DNA of 64,000 nt from assembly GCA_963842445.1 (NCBI GenBank), contig CAWJHF010000016.1:8067-72066 (forward strand). The letters are read 5' to 3'. Both the position numbers and the translations under genes were made by a program. How positions within the stretch are numbered: the stretch's first letter is position 1; each line of letters opens with the position of its first letter. The notes under the pieces were generated by a model. That model made no database searches, was not told where the DNA came from, and saw only the letters and a program-made list of their open reading frames with translations. Shown piece after piece: positions 1 to 10,598 of this stretch. This stretch comes from an uncultured Verrucomicrobiae bacterium (lineage in GTDB: Bacteria; Verrucomicrobiota; Verrucomicrobiia; Limisphaerales; UBA11358).

Positions 1-187
1 AGTGCCAATTGGTCGGCCACCATTGAAAGCCGGTTGTCCCCGGACCCGTGGGAGTCAAACCGGTTGCGGGCATGGTTTCCAGCGCTCGCGTCAACTCGGA
101 ATCATGAATAGCCACAACCGGCAACGTTGCATGAGCTGCTGACATTACTCCTAAAATACAGAAACAGGCAGTGGCCAGTGTTTTCAT
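1..187 (-). CDS. 5' end of a secreted-protein gene that runs off the window (partial)
   Basis: ATG at 187-185 is followed by a signal-peptide-like MKTLATACFCILGVMSAAHA. The frame stays open to position 1. It is absent from the ORF track because there is no stop inside the window. Confidence 0.3.
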   Translation of the reverse strand, partial: MKTLATACFCILGVMSAAHATLPVVAIHDSELTRALETMPATGLTPTGPGTTGFQWWPTNWH

Positions 188-318
188 CGTGCAAAAACGC
201 GTAAAATTAGCCCAAATTCAGAGATTAGCAACTATCATTTGCAGCTCAAAACCGAGTTATGATGTGAGGAACCAGCCGCCCGATTGGTTCCCAAGCAATG
301 AGTTTGGAAACGGATGTT

Positions 319-858
319 TCAAAATTCCTTTGAACTTCTATCTGGTTTGACAGGACTCATCTGCTTGAGCCGCCACGAGAGTGGTTCCGGAAGTTGGTTC
401 TCAATGCCGGCCTCGTTGAATTCCCCATTACCTTCATCGAACGGAACAAAGGCGCGGGCATCAAGCGGAGAAGCATCCATTTGATTAATGTGCCATCTGC
501 GCGAGCGCCAGAGCGGAAATAGAATCCGGAATTTCCGCGCCGTTCCGGCACTGGCATACTCTGCCCGATGGCCTAACAACTGACGGTGATAAATGCAAAC
601 ACTTTTAAGGTCAGCCCATTGCTCATCGCTAATCAGTTTTTTTGTCTCGCCAGCTGCAAATCCAGCCAGGAAGGTGTCATACAGCCCCAAGCAGCTCTTG
701 GCGTCGCGAATCATCCGTTCCTCCGGTTGCCTGACAGCGTTCCATGAAGCCGCCAGTTCGTGGCGGCGGGAGAAAAGGTTATTTCCACGAATACGCCGTA
801 TGGTGTACGTATCGATGGAAATTAACTGCTTGTGTTTTAGTTTACGCTTTATTTCCAC
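319..858 (-). CDS. hypothetical protein, last gene of the polysaccharide operon
   Basis: 179-aa ORF, co-directional with the upstream GT2 gene and overlapping it by 17 nt. I recognised no motif. Confidence 0.4.
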   Translation of the reverse strand: MEIKRKLKHKQLISIDTYTIRRIRGNNLFSRRHELAASWNAVRQPEERMIRDAKSCLGLYDTFLAGFAAGETKKLISDEQWADLKSVCIYHRQLLGHRAEYASAGTARKFRILFPLWRSRRWHINQMDASPLDARAFVPFDEGNGEFNEAGIENQLPEPLSWRLKQMSPVKPDRSSKEF

Positions 859-1909
859 GGCGAAGTCGAACGCGAGTCAGAAAATAGAGTTCGGACAGAG
901 GGCGAGGCAATAAACGGGCAACGGTTCTGGTGAGATCGTGGCCATCCCTGATCAACTCAAAGGCGATTCTAAGGCGGTCCTTCAGCCTGCTGTCGTACAT
1001 CTCACACTGCAACTGGAAACGACGCTGGACTTTCGTGATTGCAGCCTCCAACTCTGCGGCATTCCCTAAACTTATCTTTCTCCTTCTCACGAGCGACTGA
1101 ACATCCGCACGAAAGCAATCATAGAGTCTAACCATTCTACCCAGTTCTCGGGCAGCTTGTTGGTGATATGCGCGCCACTGTTCGGCGTTGGTCACCGACT
1201 CTATCTGAATCGGGGCGAAAGTGTTTTCGCTATGCCGACGATATTTAACTAAGGGACGATTGATGAAATAGATCTCGCCGACTAGCGCTGATCGGAAGGC
1301 AAGCGCGAAATCCTCGTAAACGACGTATTCCGGCAGTGGCCCGAACACTGCGAATAGGTGTTTTGACGTCGTATGGCAGCTCCCTTGGACATGCGGCTTC
1401 CGATTGGCAATGAAGTCAATCGGCTTCACGAATTGTTTGACAACTGATGATGCTTCAACCACGGGCCAAGAAACTGTCTCTTCCTCATTTGTTCGGCACC
1501 CATATCGGTCAATTACGATCCAGCGTCCGTGGATGGAAGTGGCGCGCCGGCTTGAAGCCTCCCAAACCTCCACCATCAGAGTCGTGCGTTCAGGCAGCGA
1601 AACGTCATCGCCCGCGGCTCCCACCAACAACTCGCCGTGGGCAAGTTCCGCCAGACGATTGGAATGCCTGGCCAAGCCCAGGTTGGTGGAATTCTGGTTC
1701 AATATCAGCCGGTGCGGACCCCGGTAACCTGCCGCCATCTCACGCATGATTTCGAAAGTCTGGTCTTGGGAACAGTCATCGGACAAAATAATTTCCAAGG
1801 GCGAATACGTCTGAGCGAATGCACCCTCGACTGCCTCCCGGATGAAATGTTCCTGATTGTAGGCACAGATTATGAACGTCACCAACGGTTTGGTATTACC
1901 GGATGTCAT
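842..1909 (-). CDS. family 2 glycosyltransferase
   Basis: N-terminal GT-A signature: FIICAYNQEHFIREAVEGAFAQTYSPLEIILSDDCSQDQT, then GDD. Confidence 0.85.
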   Translation of the reverse strand: MTSGNTKPLVTFIICAYNQEHFIREAVEGAFAQTYSPLEIILSDDCSQDQTFEIMREMAAGYRGPHRLILNQNSTNLGLARHSNRLAELAHGELLVGAAGDDVSLPERTTLMVEVWEASSRRATSIHGRWIVIDRYGCRTNEEETVSWPVVEASSVVKQFVKPIDFIANRKPHVQGSCHTTSKHLFAVFGPLPEYVVYEDFALAFRSALVGEIYFINRPLVKYRRHSENTFAPIQIESVTNAEQWRAYHQQAARELGRMVRLYDCFRADVQSLVRRRKISLGNAAELEAAITKVQRRFQLQCEMYDSRLKDRLRIAFELIRDGHDLTRTVARLLPRPLSELYFLTRVRLRRGNKA

Positions 1910-1926
1910 AAATGCAAAAGCAGAGT

Positions 1927-2235
1927 TTACGAGCGTTGGTTAGAGACTGCTATCCATGAAGATCCAATGTCGAAACGTTTGAATACGTCCGGCTTTCCGA
2001 TTCCCAAGGAATTCCAAAGTCGCTTGGCGTGGAAGTAGTAATAAAGCTTCGGGGAATGTTTGTTCAAAACAATACATCTAACGCTATGCGGCAAAAGGTC
2101 CGTCCATTTTCCGTGCCGCTCAACCAGTAATGTCACTTGATGGTTCTTTTCGGTAAGCCAGCATGACATTCTGGCCAGAAGCGTCACGATTCTACCTAAA
2201 ACGCCCGGGGAAGCATAAACGAATAAAAAGTGCAT
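1927..2235 (-). pseudogene. possible N-terminal fragment of a GT-B (GT4-like) glycosyltransferase
   Basis: The 102-aa ORF begins MHFLFVYASPG..LARMSCWLTEKNHQVTLLVERHG, like the first Rossmann strand and helix of GT4 enzymes. It stops long before a catalytic C-domain. Confidence 0.3.
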
Positions 2236-2244
2236 AGTCCAAAA

Positions 2245-3150
2245 CTAGCGAACGGTCGCAAACAATATTATGCGCCCCAAGGCTCGAAAGAACGTGGTGG
2301 CAGCTCGAACATCTGTCATGGATGATCCAACGGCATGCCACAACAAGCGGCGCCCGGCGCGGATTTTTCCAAGTTCGCAAAAATCAACTCCCATTTTGAA
2401 GACGATATCGGCCTTGGCAGAACGTGGCAAGTCGGTGAACTCTCGCAATATTCGCCTGAATACCTTCACCCGATTCACAGCATAGCCTCGCTTCTGGACC
2501 CGATTGGTGCTATGACCATGCACGCGATATCTCGCCAGCGGCTCCTGAGAATATAAAAAGCGATGATGGCGGGAAAGCCGCACCCAATACCACCAATCCT
2601 CAACCCATTTTATATTTTCATCAAAATAGCCCGCGAGCTTCACACATTCCTTTCGCATGAGAACACTTTGCATATTGACGAAATTCCGTCCCAATAACTT
2701 GGGGAAAAGTGATCCAGAAGCTGGTTTCGGAGGGGGAAAAAGTTGACTGAAACGCTTCCCCGTCGAAAAACCATTTTCATCAATAATGATGCTGTCACAA
2801 TAGGTTAGATCGTATGTTGGATTGCTCCGCAAGAGTTCCATCTGCAATCTCAGCTTGTCTTTCTCCCAGATATCATCCGCATCGCAGAAGCCAATGAATC
2901 CCCCGCTCGCGACGCGAAGTCCGTCATTTCTCGACTTTGAAACTCCCTGATTGTGCCCGTGCCTGATGGTTTTGACTCTCGAATCCTTTCTGGCCACGCT
3001 TTGAATGACTTCCCATGAATTGTCTGAGGAGCAATCTTCAACGATGATCAGCTCCAAATCCTCCAAGGTTTGCCTGAGAATGCCTTCCGCAGATTCAACC
3101 ACAAATCGCGCATGGTTAAAACAAGGCATTATGACGCTTGCTTTCGACAT
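2245..3150 (-). CDS. family 2 glycosyltransferase
   Basis: SVIMPCFNHARFVVESAEGILRQTLEDLELIIVEDCSSDNS plus CDADD. I chose the internal ATG at 3150 (MSKASVIM), which removes the overlap with the upstream gene. Confidence 0.85.
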   Translation of the reverse strand: MSKASVIMPCFNHARFVVESAEGILRQTLEDLELIIVEDCSSDNSWEVIQSVARKDSRVKTIRHGHNQGVSKSRNDGLRVASGGFIGFCDADDIWEKDKLRLQMELLRSNPTYDLTYCDSIIIDENGFSTGKRFSQLFPPPKPASGSLFPKLLGRNFVNMQSVLMRKECVKLAGYFDENIKWVEDWWYWVRLSRHHRFLYSQEPLARYRVHGHSTNRVQKRGYAVNRVKVFRRILREFTDLPRSAKADIVFKMGVDFCELGKIRAGRRLLWHAVGSSMTDVRAATTFFRALGRIILFATVR

Positions 3151-3181
3151 TAAATTTGAACGGCAGCGCGTGCTCCGGGGA

Positions 3182-4510
3182 CTAGATCCCAGCGTCGCGT
3201 TCTCCCTGCTGCTCAATGGAGAACGTGCTGCTGTCTGGCGTTGTTAATTCCACACACTCCTGGTGCATGAGGGGCGCCGCACAAAGTCCGGGCACAGCCC
3301 CAATAAGCAGACAGAAAAAGACATAGCTCTGATCAAAATACGAGACAGCCATAAAGGTAAAAGCGTGAACGAAGAGGCTCGCCCCAATACACCAGAGCAT
3401 GAACTCAGTCGGATCTCCTGTCATTCGCATTGCTTGCATCCTCCGCCCCAGCAATTGAAATGCCTTGAACAGGATGGCGATGAAAAGCAGCATTAAAAGA
3501 AGACCACCACTAACACCCATTTGCACATAATGGTTGGTAATGTCAACTTGGTCCTTACTCCATTCAATTCCATAAGGCATCCAGTGACGTGTGTAGTCTG
3601 TCCCGACGAGCCACCATTCTCCAAGGTGTCCCACCGCCTGATTTATCAACTCCGCCCGATGCCAACTCGTGCTTCCGCCCACGATATCGATTTTGGCAAT
3701 CAGGTACCAAACCGGCGCGTTCATCACGATAGCGAGTGCGATAATCATCGCAATGAAGCCTATCCTGATCTGACGCATGTGCCTGCGCCAGCGCCAAAAT
3801 GCCAATGCCGTCAAACCGGCGAAAAGACTCATGAACGGGCCACTCGAAGCGGAGCAATACACTATCACTGCGCACGCGATTCCCCCCGCAAAAGCGAACC
3901 GAGGATATCGGCTATGCAAAAGCACCATCAGGGGGATGTAGACTCCACCAACTGTTCCCGCCAGGATCGCGTTCCCGAAGGGTCCCGAAGCCCGCACGCG
4001 GCCCTCCCGCACCCACGCTTGTTCGTAAAAAGCCCCGACAGCAGCATACATGTTCCGACCGGTGATCTTCTCCACAAGCAGGAACAACGCTAATGGCACC
4101 AGCACGACCGCGAGGCACTTGCAGAATCTTATAAAATCCGCTCGATCTTTAAGATAAACCCGAGCATAAAGGTAAGTACCCACATAATCAAAGGCTAATG
4201 ACATATGCATGGTCAGAGGGTTATAGTTGGCTTTCGCGACATGACCAAATGAGCTCAGTATGGCCCAGCACGCCCACACTACCAGCAACCGGTCCAAAGG
4301 ATGACGCAAAGACCAGCCGGATTCCCCGCCAGCCAAAGCCCGAAGCAACCCCGCAATAACCAATAGCCGAACAACTGTAAGGCTGGGCATAATCTGTACA
4401 TTCGAAACGTGACAGGCTGCAATAAGGACTGGTACGAAAGCAATGCGCCTGGGTAAAGTCAACTGGGCCACTAGCAAAGCCAAAGCAAAAACGATGAAAA
4501 CGGGATTCAC
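3182..4510 (-). CDS. O-antigen ligase/polymerase-like (Wzy-type) polytopic membrane protein
   Basis: 442 aa, about 10-12 hydrophobic helices and a large loop, inside a glycosyltransferase cluster. Confidence 0.65.
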   Translation of the reverse strand: MNPVFIVFALALLVAQLTLPRRIAFVPVLIAACHVSNVQIMPSLTVVRLLVIAGLLRALAGGESGWSLRHPLDRLLVVWACWAILSSFGHVAKANYNPLTMHMSLAFDYVGTYLYARVYLKDRADFIRFCKCLAVVLVPLALFLLVEKITGRNMYAAVGAFYEQAWVREGRVRASGPFGNAILAGTVGGVYIPLMVLLHSRYPRFAFAGGIACAVIVYCSASSGPFMSLFAGLTALAFWRWRRHMRQIRIGFIAMIIALAIVMNAPVWYLIAKIDIVGGSTSWHRAELINQAVGHLGEWWLVGTDYTRHWMPYGIEWSKDQVDITNHYVQMGVSGGLLLMLLFIAILFKAFQLLGRRMQAMRMTGDPTEFMLWCIGASLFVHAFTFMAVSYFDQSYVFFCLLIGAVPGLCAAPLMHQECVELTTPDSSTFSIEQQGERDAGI

Positions 4511-4779
4511 AAGGCGGAGTGGTCAGCACTTTCAAACCATTACAATTCAGGTCAACCACGAATAGAGACGAATGAACACCAACAAAGACACAGAACAGCG
4601 TAATGGCTTAACATGCTATCAGTCAATGAACGGAGGTCTTCTTGAACTTTTAGTTCAGGCCGGCCAGTTTTCTGTCGGCACCCAAACCGCCCGCGCTACA
4701 ACCTGCTCGAAGCCCGAAAGGCAGTTGATTACCCGGGGAGGCGGGTATCCCTCGACCTCCTAACGGGGATGCGCTTTCG

Positions 4780-6153
4780 TCATAAACCGACAACATGAAG
4801 TCCCGTCGGGGGCAATAAAACGACACCAACGTATTGATAAGCTCCTCGATCCCAAATGCCGTTTGCTCCTCTGATGTTGCCCAACATATCAATATTATAA
4901 GGTGCAGATAAACTTAATCCAGAAGCAGTATCGGCAGCCAACTGAAAATTACCTGTAGCATAACTGACAAAGATGGATGAAGGAAGGTTGGCCTGGCTAT
5001 AACTCTCACCAGAAATCGCCGACGATGCACTGGTTGCGTTATAATCGTGGTTGATGCTCTCAAAGGAAGGAGTTGCATTAAACCAAATATTGTTATAAGC
5101 ATAATTGTTAGTAGGCACTTGACCACTAGTGCTTTGTGGCAGATTAATCCCTTGACTATCTGAACCACCAACAATGGTATTGTTATAAAATAAAGTTCCC
5201 GAAGTGAGGTAAGTGTTGTTGACTCCGTTCCAGCCTACAATACCATCAGTACCAGAATTATTCCAGAACACGTTTCCGTAAATGGCACAGTTAGCTGATG
5301 TAACTAATGCTACAACTGCAGTGCCCCCATAGAAACCACTTGGTCCATACCCAGGAGAGAAATTGTTCTGAAAAATATTATAACGAACAACTGCATTGGG
5401 TGTATTGTAATATAGATTGACGCACTCACCATGATTGTTTGAGTCACTCAATGCATTCTCTGAGCCACAATACTCCACTATCGAACCGCTGGAACTTCGT
5501 AGGAAGAAATGATTGTTGCCGTTATTTACTAAACAATGACTAGCAATAAAGCCTGTTGTCACCGTATCGCTTTCCAAGTCAATCTGATAACTACGCACGG
5601 CCGCACCGCTGCTGGGTAACACTTGTGCTATGATGGCGGTATAGTAAATCTGGACGTTATTCGCACCAGCCGCGCCACTGTAATCGTAAGCACCATTAGC
5701 ATCCATGCCGCCAACCTTGATGGCTTGGTTGTAATCTCCCGACGCGTTGACAACAGAAAAGCCATAATTCGTCGCAGAGAACCAGTTATTTTCATTTCTA
5801 ACCTGTCCATTAAATGTGTAGTAACCCGTGCGAAACTTTAGCGGGGCAACAAAAACCGCCTGATTCGCATAAGCAGGAAGCCATCCAGTAGAAGTACCAT
5901 AGTCGGTGGCTGTGGCTCTCTTGATAGTAATGATATTTGTTCCGCTTACTGCATCATTGAAAAAATGGCTGCCATAATTGCCAGCAGCCACATAGTAGAT
6001 TGCGCCCCGTTGCAATGAGGCTGGCAAATCGGTATAGGCATTACTCCAATCTAAGCCGCTGCCGTTTCCACTTGCGGCGGCGTTCACATAATACGTTTGG
6101 CCTTGCGCCGCCAACGTGAATACCAGAAGGGGAGCGATGATTGCTGTTTTCAT
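4780..6153 (-). CDS. secreted right-handed beta-helix repeat protein (possible glycanase/lyase of the EPS locus)
   Basis: The internal start MKTAIIAPLLVFTLAAQGQ (ATG 6153) gives a clean signal peptide. The body is Asn/Gly-rich with periodic NN..Y.N.F/W repeats typical of parallel beta-helices. The segment is visibly more AT-rich than its neighbours. Confidence 0.6.
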   Translation of the reverse strand: MKTAIIAPLLVFTLAAQGQTYYVNAAASGNGSGLDWSNAYTDLPASLQRGAIYYVAAGNYGSHFFNDAVSGTNIITIKRATATDYGTSTGWLPAYANQAVFVAPLKFRTGYYTFNGQVRNENNWFSATNYGFSVVNASGDYNQAIKVGGMDANGAYDYSGAAGANNVQIYYTAIIAQVLPSSGAAVRSYQIDLESDTVTTGFIASHCLVNNGNNHFFLRSSSGSIVEYCGSENALSDSNNHGECVNLYYNTPNAVVRYNIFQNNFSPGYGPSGFYGGTAVVALVTSANCAIYGNVFWNNSGTDGIVGWNGVNNTYLTSGTLFYNNTIVGGSDSQGINLPQSTSGQVPTNNYAYNNIWFNATPSFESINHDYNATSASSAISGESYSQANLPSSIFVSYATGNFQLAADTASGLSLSAPYNIDMLGNIRGANGIWDRGAYQYVGVVLLPPTGLHVVGL

Positions 6154-6616
6154 TGCAGTTCCAAATAAACGCCGACTGTATTCGCCCCAAAACCGCCTGA
6201 AACTCGGTACCTTGTTGGTGACAATCACCCCGTAAACGAAAGAGGTTTTGTTCATCGTGTCTCTTCCATCATCAGGAATCGTGCCATTCCTCAGCCGGGC
6301 GCCAAGCTGGCCAATTTGAGCTCCCGAAGAACGGATGCCCGAATTGGGCTTTCCAGCCCACAGCATTCTTATTAGATGTAATTTCATGCTGTAAATCTGA
6401 CCTTTAGCGTGTTGGCCTGCAACTAGGAGTTTCCTTGCAGCCGCAAGGAAATTCTTGGGTTTCAGTTCCAACGCCATTGCGGCTCACAGTTAGCAGGAAC
6501 TTCAAACTGTTCAACTGCGGCGTGGCTGGTGGTCACTGTTGAGACAGGTTAGGTGTTTTCCAAGACAGACCCCCAGCTTCTTCGCCAGTGAGTAGCCGCC
6601 GCAAGCCGAGGTTACG

Positions 6617-6626
6617 CCCCCCCCCC
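6617..6626. repeat. C10/G10 homopolymer tract between asnB and the beta-helix gene
   Basis: Ten consecutive C on the plus strand, counted directly (6617-6626). It lies downstream of the asnB stop (6670) and upstream of the beta-helix gene. Confidence 0.9.
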
Positions 6627-6669
6627 GCGTCCATTTTCCCATTGTGCGCGCAAGCTCATCAAAGATTGC

Positions 6670-8595
6670 TTACAGACGAAATTCCTTATGCCACATCTCG
6701 AGGACGAGAAGGCTGAAAATCTCCCGTGAATAATCCAAAGCGTGCTGGGCTTTGCTGCCGTTTCGATTGTCCGACAAATTCTGTTGCTGCTTCTGCAGCA
6801 TGCCCCGTACGGAAGCCTTGTTAAAATAGGAATCCAACGCGGTATTCTGCGAAAGGATGGTATCGTTAACAAAATCTCGCAGTTCAGTCTTGAGCCAACG
6901 ATCATACGGAAGCGGGAAACCCGCTTTTTTTCGGGTCAGGATTTTGTTGGGGACGGACTCCTGCAAAGCGAGTTTGAGCACCCGCTTGATGGTCCGGCCG
7001 CGCACTTTGTATGACGACGGCATCGAAGCGGCAAATTCCAATACCCGATGATCAAGCAGTGGCACGCGGAGTTCGACCGATGCGGCCATCGTCATCTTGT
7101 CCGCCTTGATGAGCAGATCATCCGGCAACCATGACTTGGTATCCACATACAGCATTTTTTGAAGCGTGGATTTGCCATTTACTTGCGAAAACAGGTCTCG
7201 TGTTGGCTGGTTAGAAGAATAATCTCCCAACAAGGCAGCGAAATCACTCTTGTAAAAGGAACCTTTTAGCTGATTAAACGGCGTTTCGGGTGTTGCCGCC
7301 AAACCGTAGTAGTAATCTTGCATCTGCAAATTGATGCAATTCCGGTAATGCCGGTTCTCTTTGCCAGTGAAGAGTTCGACCGTTTTCAGAGCTGCGGACA
7401 GCAGACCCTTCGCCGGACCGAATGCAGATTTCAGATGTTCCAACACCAGGAGATTCCGATATTTGGGGTAACCAGCGAAGGCTTCGTCGCCGCCTTCTCC
7501 CGAGAGCAATACCTTGACCGAAGATTGCCGGGCCAAGCGCGACACGTAGTAGAGGCTGATGGCCGGCGGTTCGCACACCGGTTCTTCCATGTGCCAGACG
7601 TACTTGGGCAGAAAATCCCGGAAGTCCCGGGCCGTCAACGTGAGTTCGTGATGAATGGTGCGGAACTTATCCGCAGCCATCTTCGCGTAGGGGCGTTCAT
7701 CCGCGAAGCTGGCTCCGGAAAATCCGACGGTGAAAGTATTGATGGGCTTGTCCGAATGGTCCGCCGCGTAACGCAGCACGCCTGTGCTATCAACGCCACC
7801 GCTCAACAGCACGCCCACCGGCACGTCGCTGATCATGTGGTCTTTGATGGTACGGGAAAGCAGCTTCTGCAGCGCCGCGACTGCTTCTTCGATGTTCGTC
7901 CAATGGTTCGAGGTTTGGAAGTAAAGGTTCCAATATTCCCGGTCAACAATCCTGCCATTGCTGACCGTCATGTAGTGACCTGGTTCCAGCTTGTAAATAT
8001 CCTTGAACAGCGTCTCATTGCCAGGCAGGTAATAATAGGTAAGAAAACGATCAATGGCGCGGAGATTGACCTCTCGACGAACGGTGGGGTCAACCAGCAG
8101 CGATTTGATTTCTGACGCGAACAACAGCGCCTTGCCGGTGTTGATGTAGTATAGCGGCTTGATCCCGACACGATCGCGAGCCAGAAAAAGGAATTTTTTG
8201 CGTTCGTCCCAGATGGCAAACGCAAACATCCCCCGCAGGCGGCTCACGCAATCTTCGCCGCATTCTTCATACAGGTGGACGATGACCTCGGTATCGGTGG
8301 TCGAGGTGAACTTGTGTCCCTTGGCCAGCAATTCCTCGCGCAACTCAAGATAATTGTAAATCTCTCCGTTGAAGATGATCCACACGGTTTTGTCTTCATT
8401 GCACATCGGTTGTGCGCCCGTGGGACGCAGGTCGATGATGGCCAGCCGCCGATGGCCCAAGCCGATTGAACCAGACACATGCTTTCCCGATCCATCCGGA
8501 CCGCGATGAGTGATAATGTCCGTCATCCGCTGGATCAATTCGGGATCAACCGGGGTTTGTCCGTCCAGATAAAGTTTTCCTGCGATGCCGCACAT
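6670..8595 (-). CDS. asnB: asparagine synthase (glutamine-hydrolysing), EPS-locus paralog 1
   Basis: MCGIAGKL N-terminal nucleophile Cys2 (ATG 8595), a GATase-II domain, and the SGGVDS PP-loop motif. Confidence 0.9.
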   Translation of the reverse strand: MCGIAGKLYLDGQTPVDPELIQRMTDIITHRGPDGSGKHVSGSIGLGHRRLAIIDLRPTGAQPMCNEDKTVWIIFNGEIYNYLELREELLAKGHKFTSTTDTEVIVHLYEECGEDCVSRLRGMFAFAIWDERKKFLFLARDRVGIKPLYYINTGKALLFASEIKSLLVDPTVRREVNLRAIDRFLTYYYLPGNETLFKDIYKLEPGHYMTVSNGRIVDREYWNLYFQTSNHWTNIEEAVAALQKLLSRTIKDHMISDVPVGVLLSGGVDSTGVLRYAADHSDKPINTFTVGFSGASFADERPYAKMAADKFRTIHHELTLTARDFRDFLPKYVWHMEEPVCEPPAISLYYVSRLARQSSVKVLLSGEGGDEAFAGYPKYRNLLVLEHLKSAFGPAKGLLSAALKTVELFTGKENRHYRNCINLQMQDYYYGLAATPETPFNQLKGSFYKSDFAALLGDYSSNQPTRDLFSQVNGKSTLQKMLYVDTKSWLPDDLLIKADKMTMAASVELRVPLLDHRVLEFAASMPSSYKVRGRTIKRVLKLALQESVPNKILTRKKAGFPLPYDRWLKTELRDFVNDTILSQNTALDSYFNKASVRGMLQKQQQNLSDNRNGSKAQHALDYSREIFSLLVLEMWHKEFRL

Positions 8596-8614
8596 AAATC
8601 GAAAACTCCAACGA

Positions 8615-9598
8615 TCAGCTGATCGTTGCTTGTTCGGTTCTTCGGTATTGTCTTGTCCAGCCCGACAAACCGAGTCCCCAGTTAAAGACCGCAAACCACT
8701 TGCTGCAGGATGCTTTCCAACGGGACATCCCGCTCTTGACCAACAAGACGGGTGACAGGATTACCAACAACGCGACCCGGATTAATGCCAACCCGCTCAA
8801 CACCAACCGGTAGCACCCGCTGTAGCTGCCGCCTCGCCATTTGTTAAGAAATTGCCCGATGGATTCCATCATCATGATGTTGGAAAAATTGCTGTGCGCC
8901 TGCTGACTGCTTCCTCCTCCGTGATGAACAACCACCGCATCGCCGAAATAGTAATTGTTGAAGCCAAGCTTTCTGCATTTGTAGCAAAGGTCAACGTCCT
9001 CGGCATACATGAAGTAATCGGAGCTGAACTGCCCGATCTTTTCAAAGACCGAACGGCGCATCATCAGGCAAGCCCCGGAAATCATTTCAACCTCTGAAGG
9101 CTTCCCGCCGTTTTCGAAGATCGCCCGCATGCCCCACAACCGCGCTTTCGGAGTCAATCGGCGAAGCGCCTCGGCACTGAGGAGTTGATTGAGAATTGTG
9201 GGAAAGGCTTGAACACAAGTGGTCTGAACCGTTCCATCCGAGTTCAGCAACTTGCCGCCAACGGCTCCCGCATCGGGCAACATCTTCAGCACTGAGTGCA
9301 GCACGTTAATGGCCGGGCCGACGATTTCAGTGTCCGGGTTGAGAAAAAGCACGGACTCGCCGGTGGCGGACTGGAAGGCTAGGTTGTTCGACTTCGCAAA
9401 ACCGAGATTCTTCTGGCTCTGGATAAACCGAACCTGAGGGTATTCGTTCCGAAGCATTTCACCGCAACCGTCGAAGGATGCTGAATCGATGACGATGATT
9501 TCAAATTCGAGATCCCGCGTCTCGGCCAGAATCGAATCCACACATTTGCGAAGATATTCCTTCGAATTCCAATTAACGATAATGATCGAGAGATCCAT
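8615..9598 (-). CDS. family 2 glycosyltransferase
   Basis: LSIIIVNWNSKEYLRKCVDSI...VIDSASFDG, then NPD and YAEDVDLC motifs. Confidence 0.85.
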   Translation of the reverse strand: MDLSIIIVNWNSKEYLRKCVDSILAETRDLEFEIIVIDSASFDGCGEMLRNEYPQVRFIQSQKNLGFAKSNNLAFQSATGESVLFLNPDTEIVGPAINVLHSVLKMLPDAGAVGGKLLNSDGTVQTTCVQAFPTILNQLLSAEALRRLTPKARLWGMRAIFENGGKPSEVEMISGACLMMRRSVFEKIGQFSSDYFMYAEDVDLCYKCRKLGFNNYYFGDAVVVHHGGGSSQQAHSNFSNIMMMESIGQFLNKWRGGSYSGCYRLVLSGLALIRVALLVILSPVLLVKSGMSRWKASCSKWFAVFNWGLGLSGWTRQYRRTEQATIS

Positions 9599-9759
9599 CG
9601 AAAAACAGGGTGGAATATTTGGCGCAGTTGAGTGCGCGTTGATAAAATGCTGGCAACGCCGCGTTCGGCATGTGACCTACTGAAACCAGGGAAATCAGCG
9701 CCCATTGCCAAGTGTGTGGCGGGCGGAAAAAAGCAAACCACAAACATCTCTCCGTTGAC

Positions 9760-10578
9760 CTACCTGCGCCGACGCACCATCGCTAAAGCAAATGAACCGA
9801 GGCCAAGAAGGGCGAAGCTTGAAGGCTCGGGGACAGGCTCCAATCCGGATAATTGTAACGATACCCACGGGCTGTCGGGGTCGTTTTGGGCGAGAGTATC
9901 CGTGCTCATGGTTAACTCATATATGTCGCCCGCGTTGAAATCCGTATCAAGTGCAAGAGTGCCTGACCCTGCTGTTGTAAGTCCCCCCGTGTATACCCAT
10001 GGGGCCCAATCTGGGATTGCTCCTAGACCCGGATTAGGCAATCCATAATTCCACACCTCATTGCCTGATGTAACATCAAGCAGACTCAAAGACCCTTCGG
10101 AGCACTCAAGCCAATGGTCACCCCCTGAAAACTGTATGTTTATGATTGTTGTTTGGCTTGTTAAGAGTGAGAACCAGACTTCGCTTGTCGCACTCGCTGC
10201 ATTGTAGATAATGTCGGGGTCGCTAAAGCCTTGGCTTGGGGTATTCGCATATATTGCAAACAGGCCCGCATTAGCTTCTGCCGCCAACGAACCAGTGAAA
10301 AAGTCATTCAGCGAGTCGCTGATTGGAACAGTTGAAGTTATTGTTCTTGAGATTAAAGGGGGGCCCGGGTTGTTCTCCGCCATACTTACAGTAGTCGTGT
10401 ATTGAGTGTCGAGAATGTAAACCGGCGATGGATAGCCTGCCGACGCGAATGCCAGTGTTAGGAGCAGCGACACCCAAACGATTGACCTCGAATTCGTTCT
10501 GGCCTTAGCGCCAAGCTTGAACTCGGCACAATCAGCAGCAAGGAAAGATGGGAGGAAGGATTTGGTTTTCATATTCAT
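9760..10578 (-). CDS. PEP-CTERM sorting-signal protein
   Basis: C-terminus is VPEPSSFALLGLGSFALAMVRRRR (PEP motif, TM helix, Arg cluster). The N-terminus has a signal-like hydrophobic segment. Confidence 0.8.
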   Translation of the reverse strand: MNMKTKSFLPSFLAADCAEFKLGAKARTNSRSIVWVSLLLTLAFASAGYPSPVYILDTQYTTTVSMAENNPGPPLISRTITSTVPISDSLNDFFTGSLAAEANAGLFAIYANTPSQGFSDPDIIYNAASATSEVWFSLLTSQTTIINIQFSGGDHWLECSEGSLSLLDVTSGNEVWNYGLPNPGLGAIPDWAPWVYTGGLTTAGSGTLALDTDFNAGDIYELTMSTDTLAQNDPDSPWVSLQLSGLEPVPEPSSFALLGLGSFALAMVRRRR

Positions 10579-10598
10579 GGTGGATTTGGAATGTGCGT

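Noticed and set aside
6154-8694. N-terminal extensions in tracked ORFs (beta-helix from 6477, asnB from 8694, hsdS from 44219, hsdM from 45793, lipoprotein from 42889, SDR from 51349)
   Set aside because: Internal starts give canonical N-termini: a signal peptide, MCGI nucleophile, lipobox, or ATGA coupling. The extensions are Arg/Pro-rich or overlap upstream genes.
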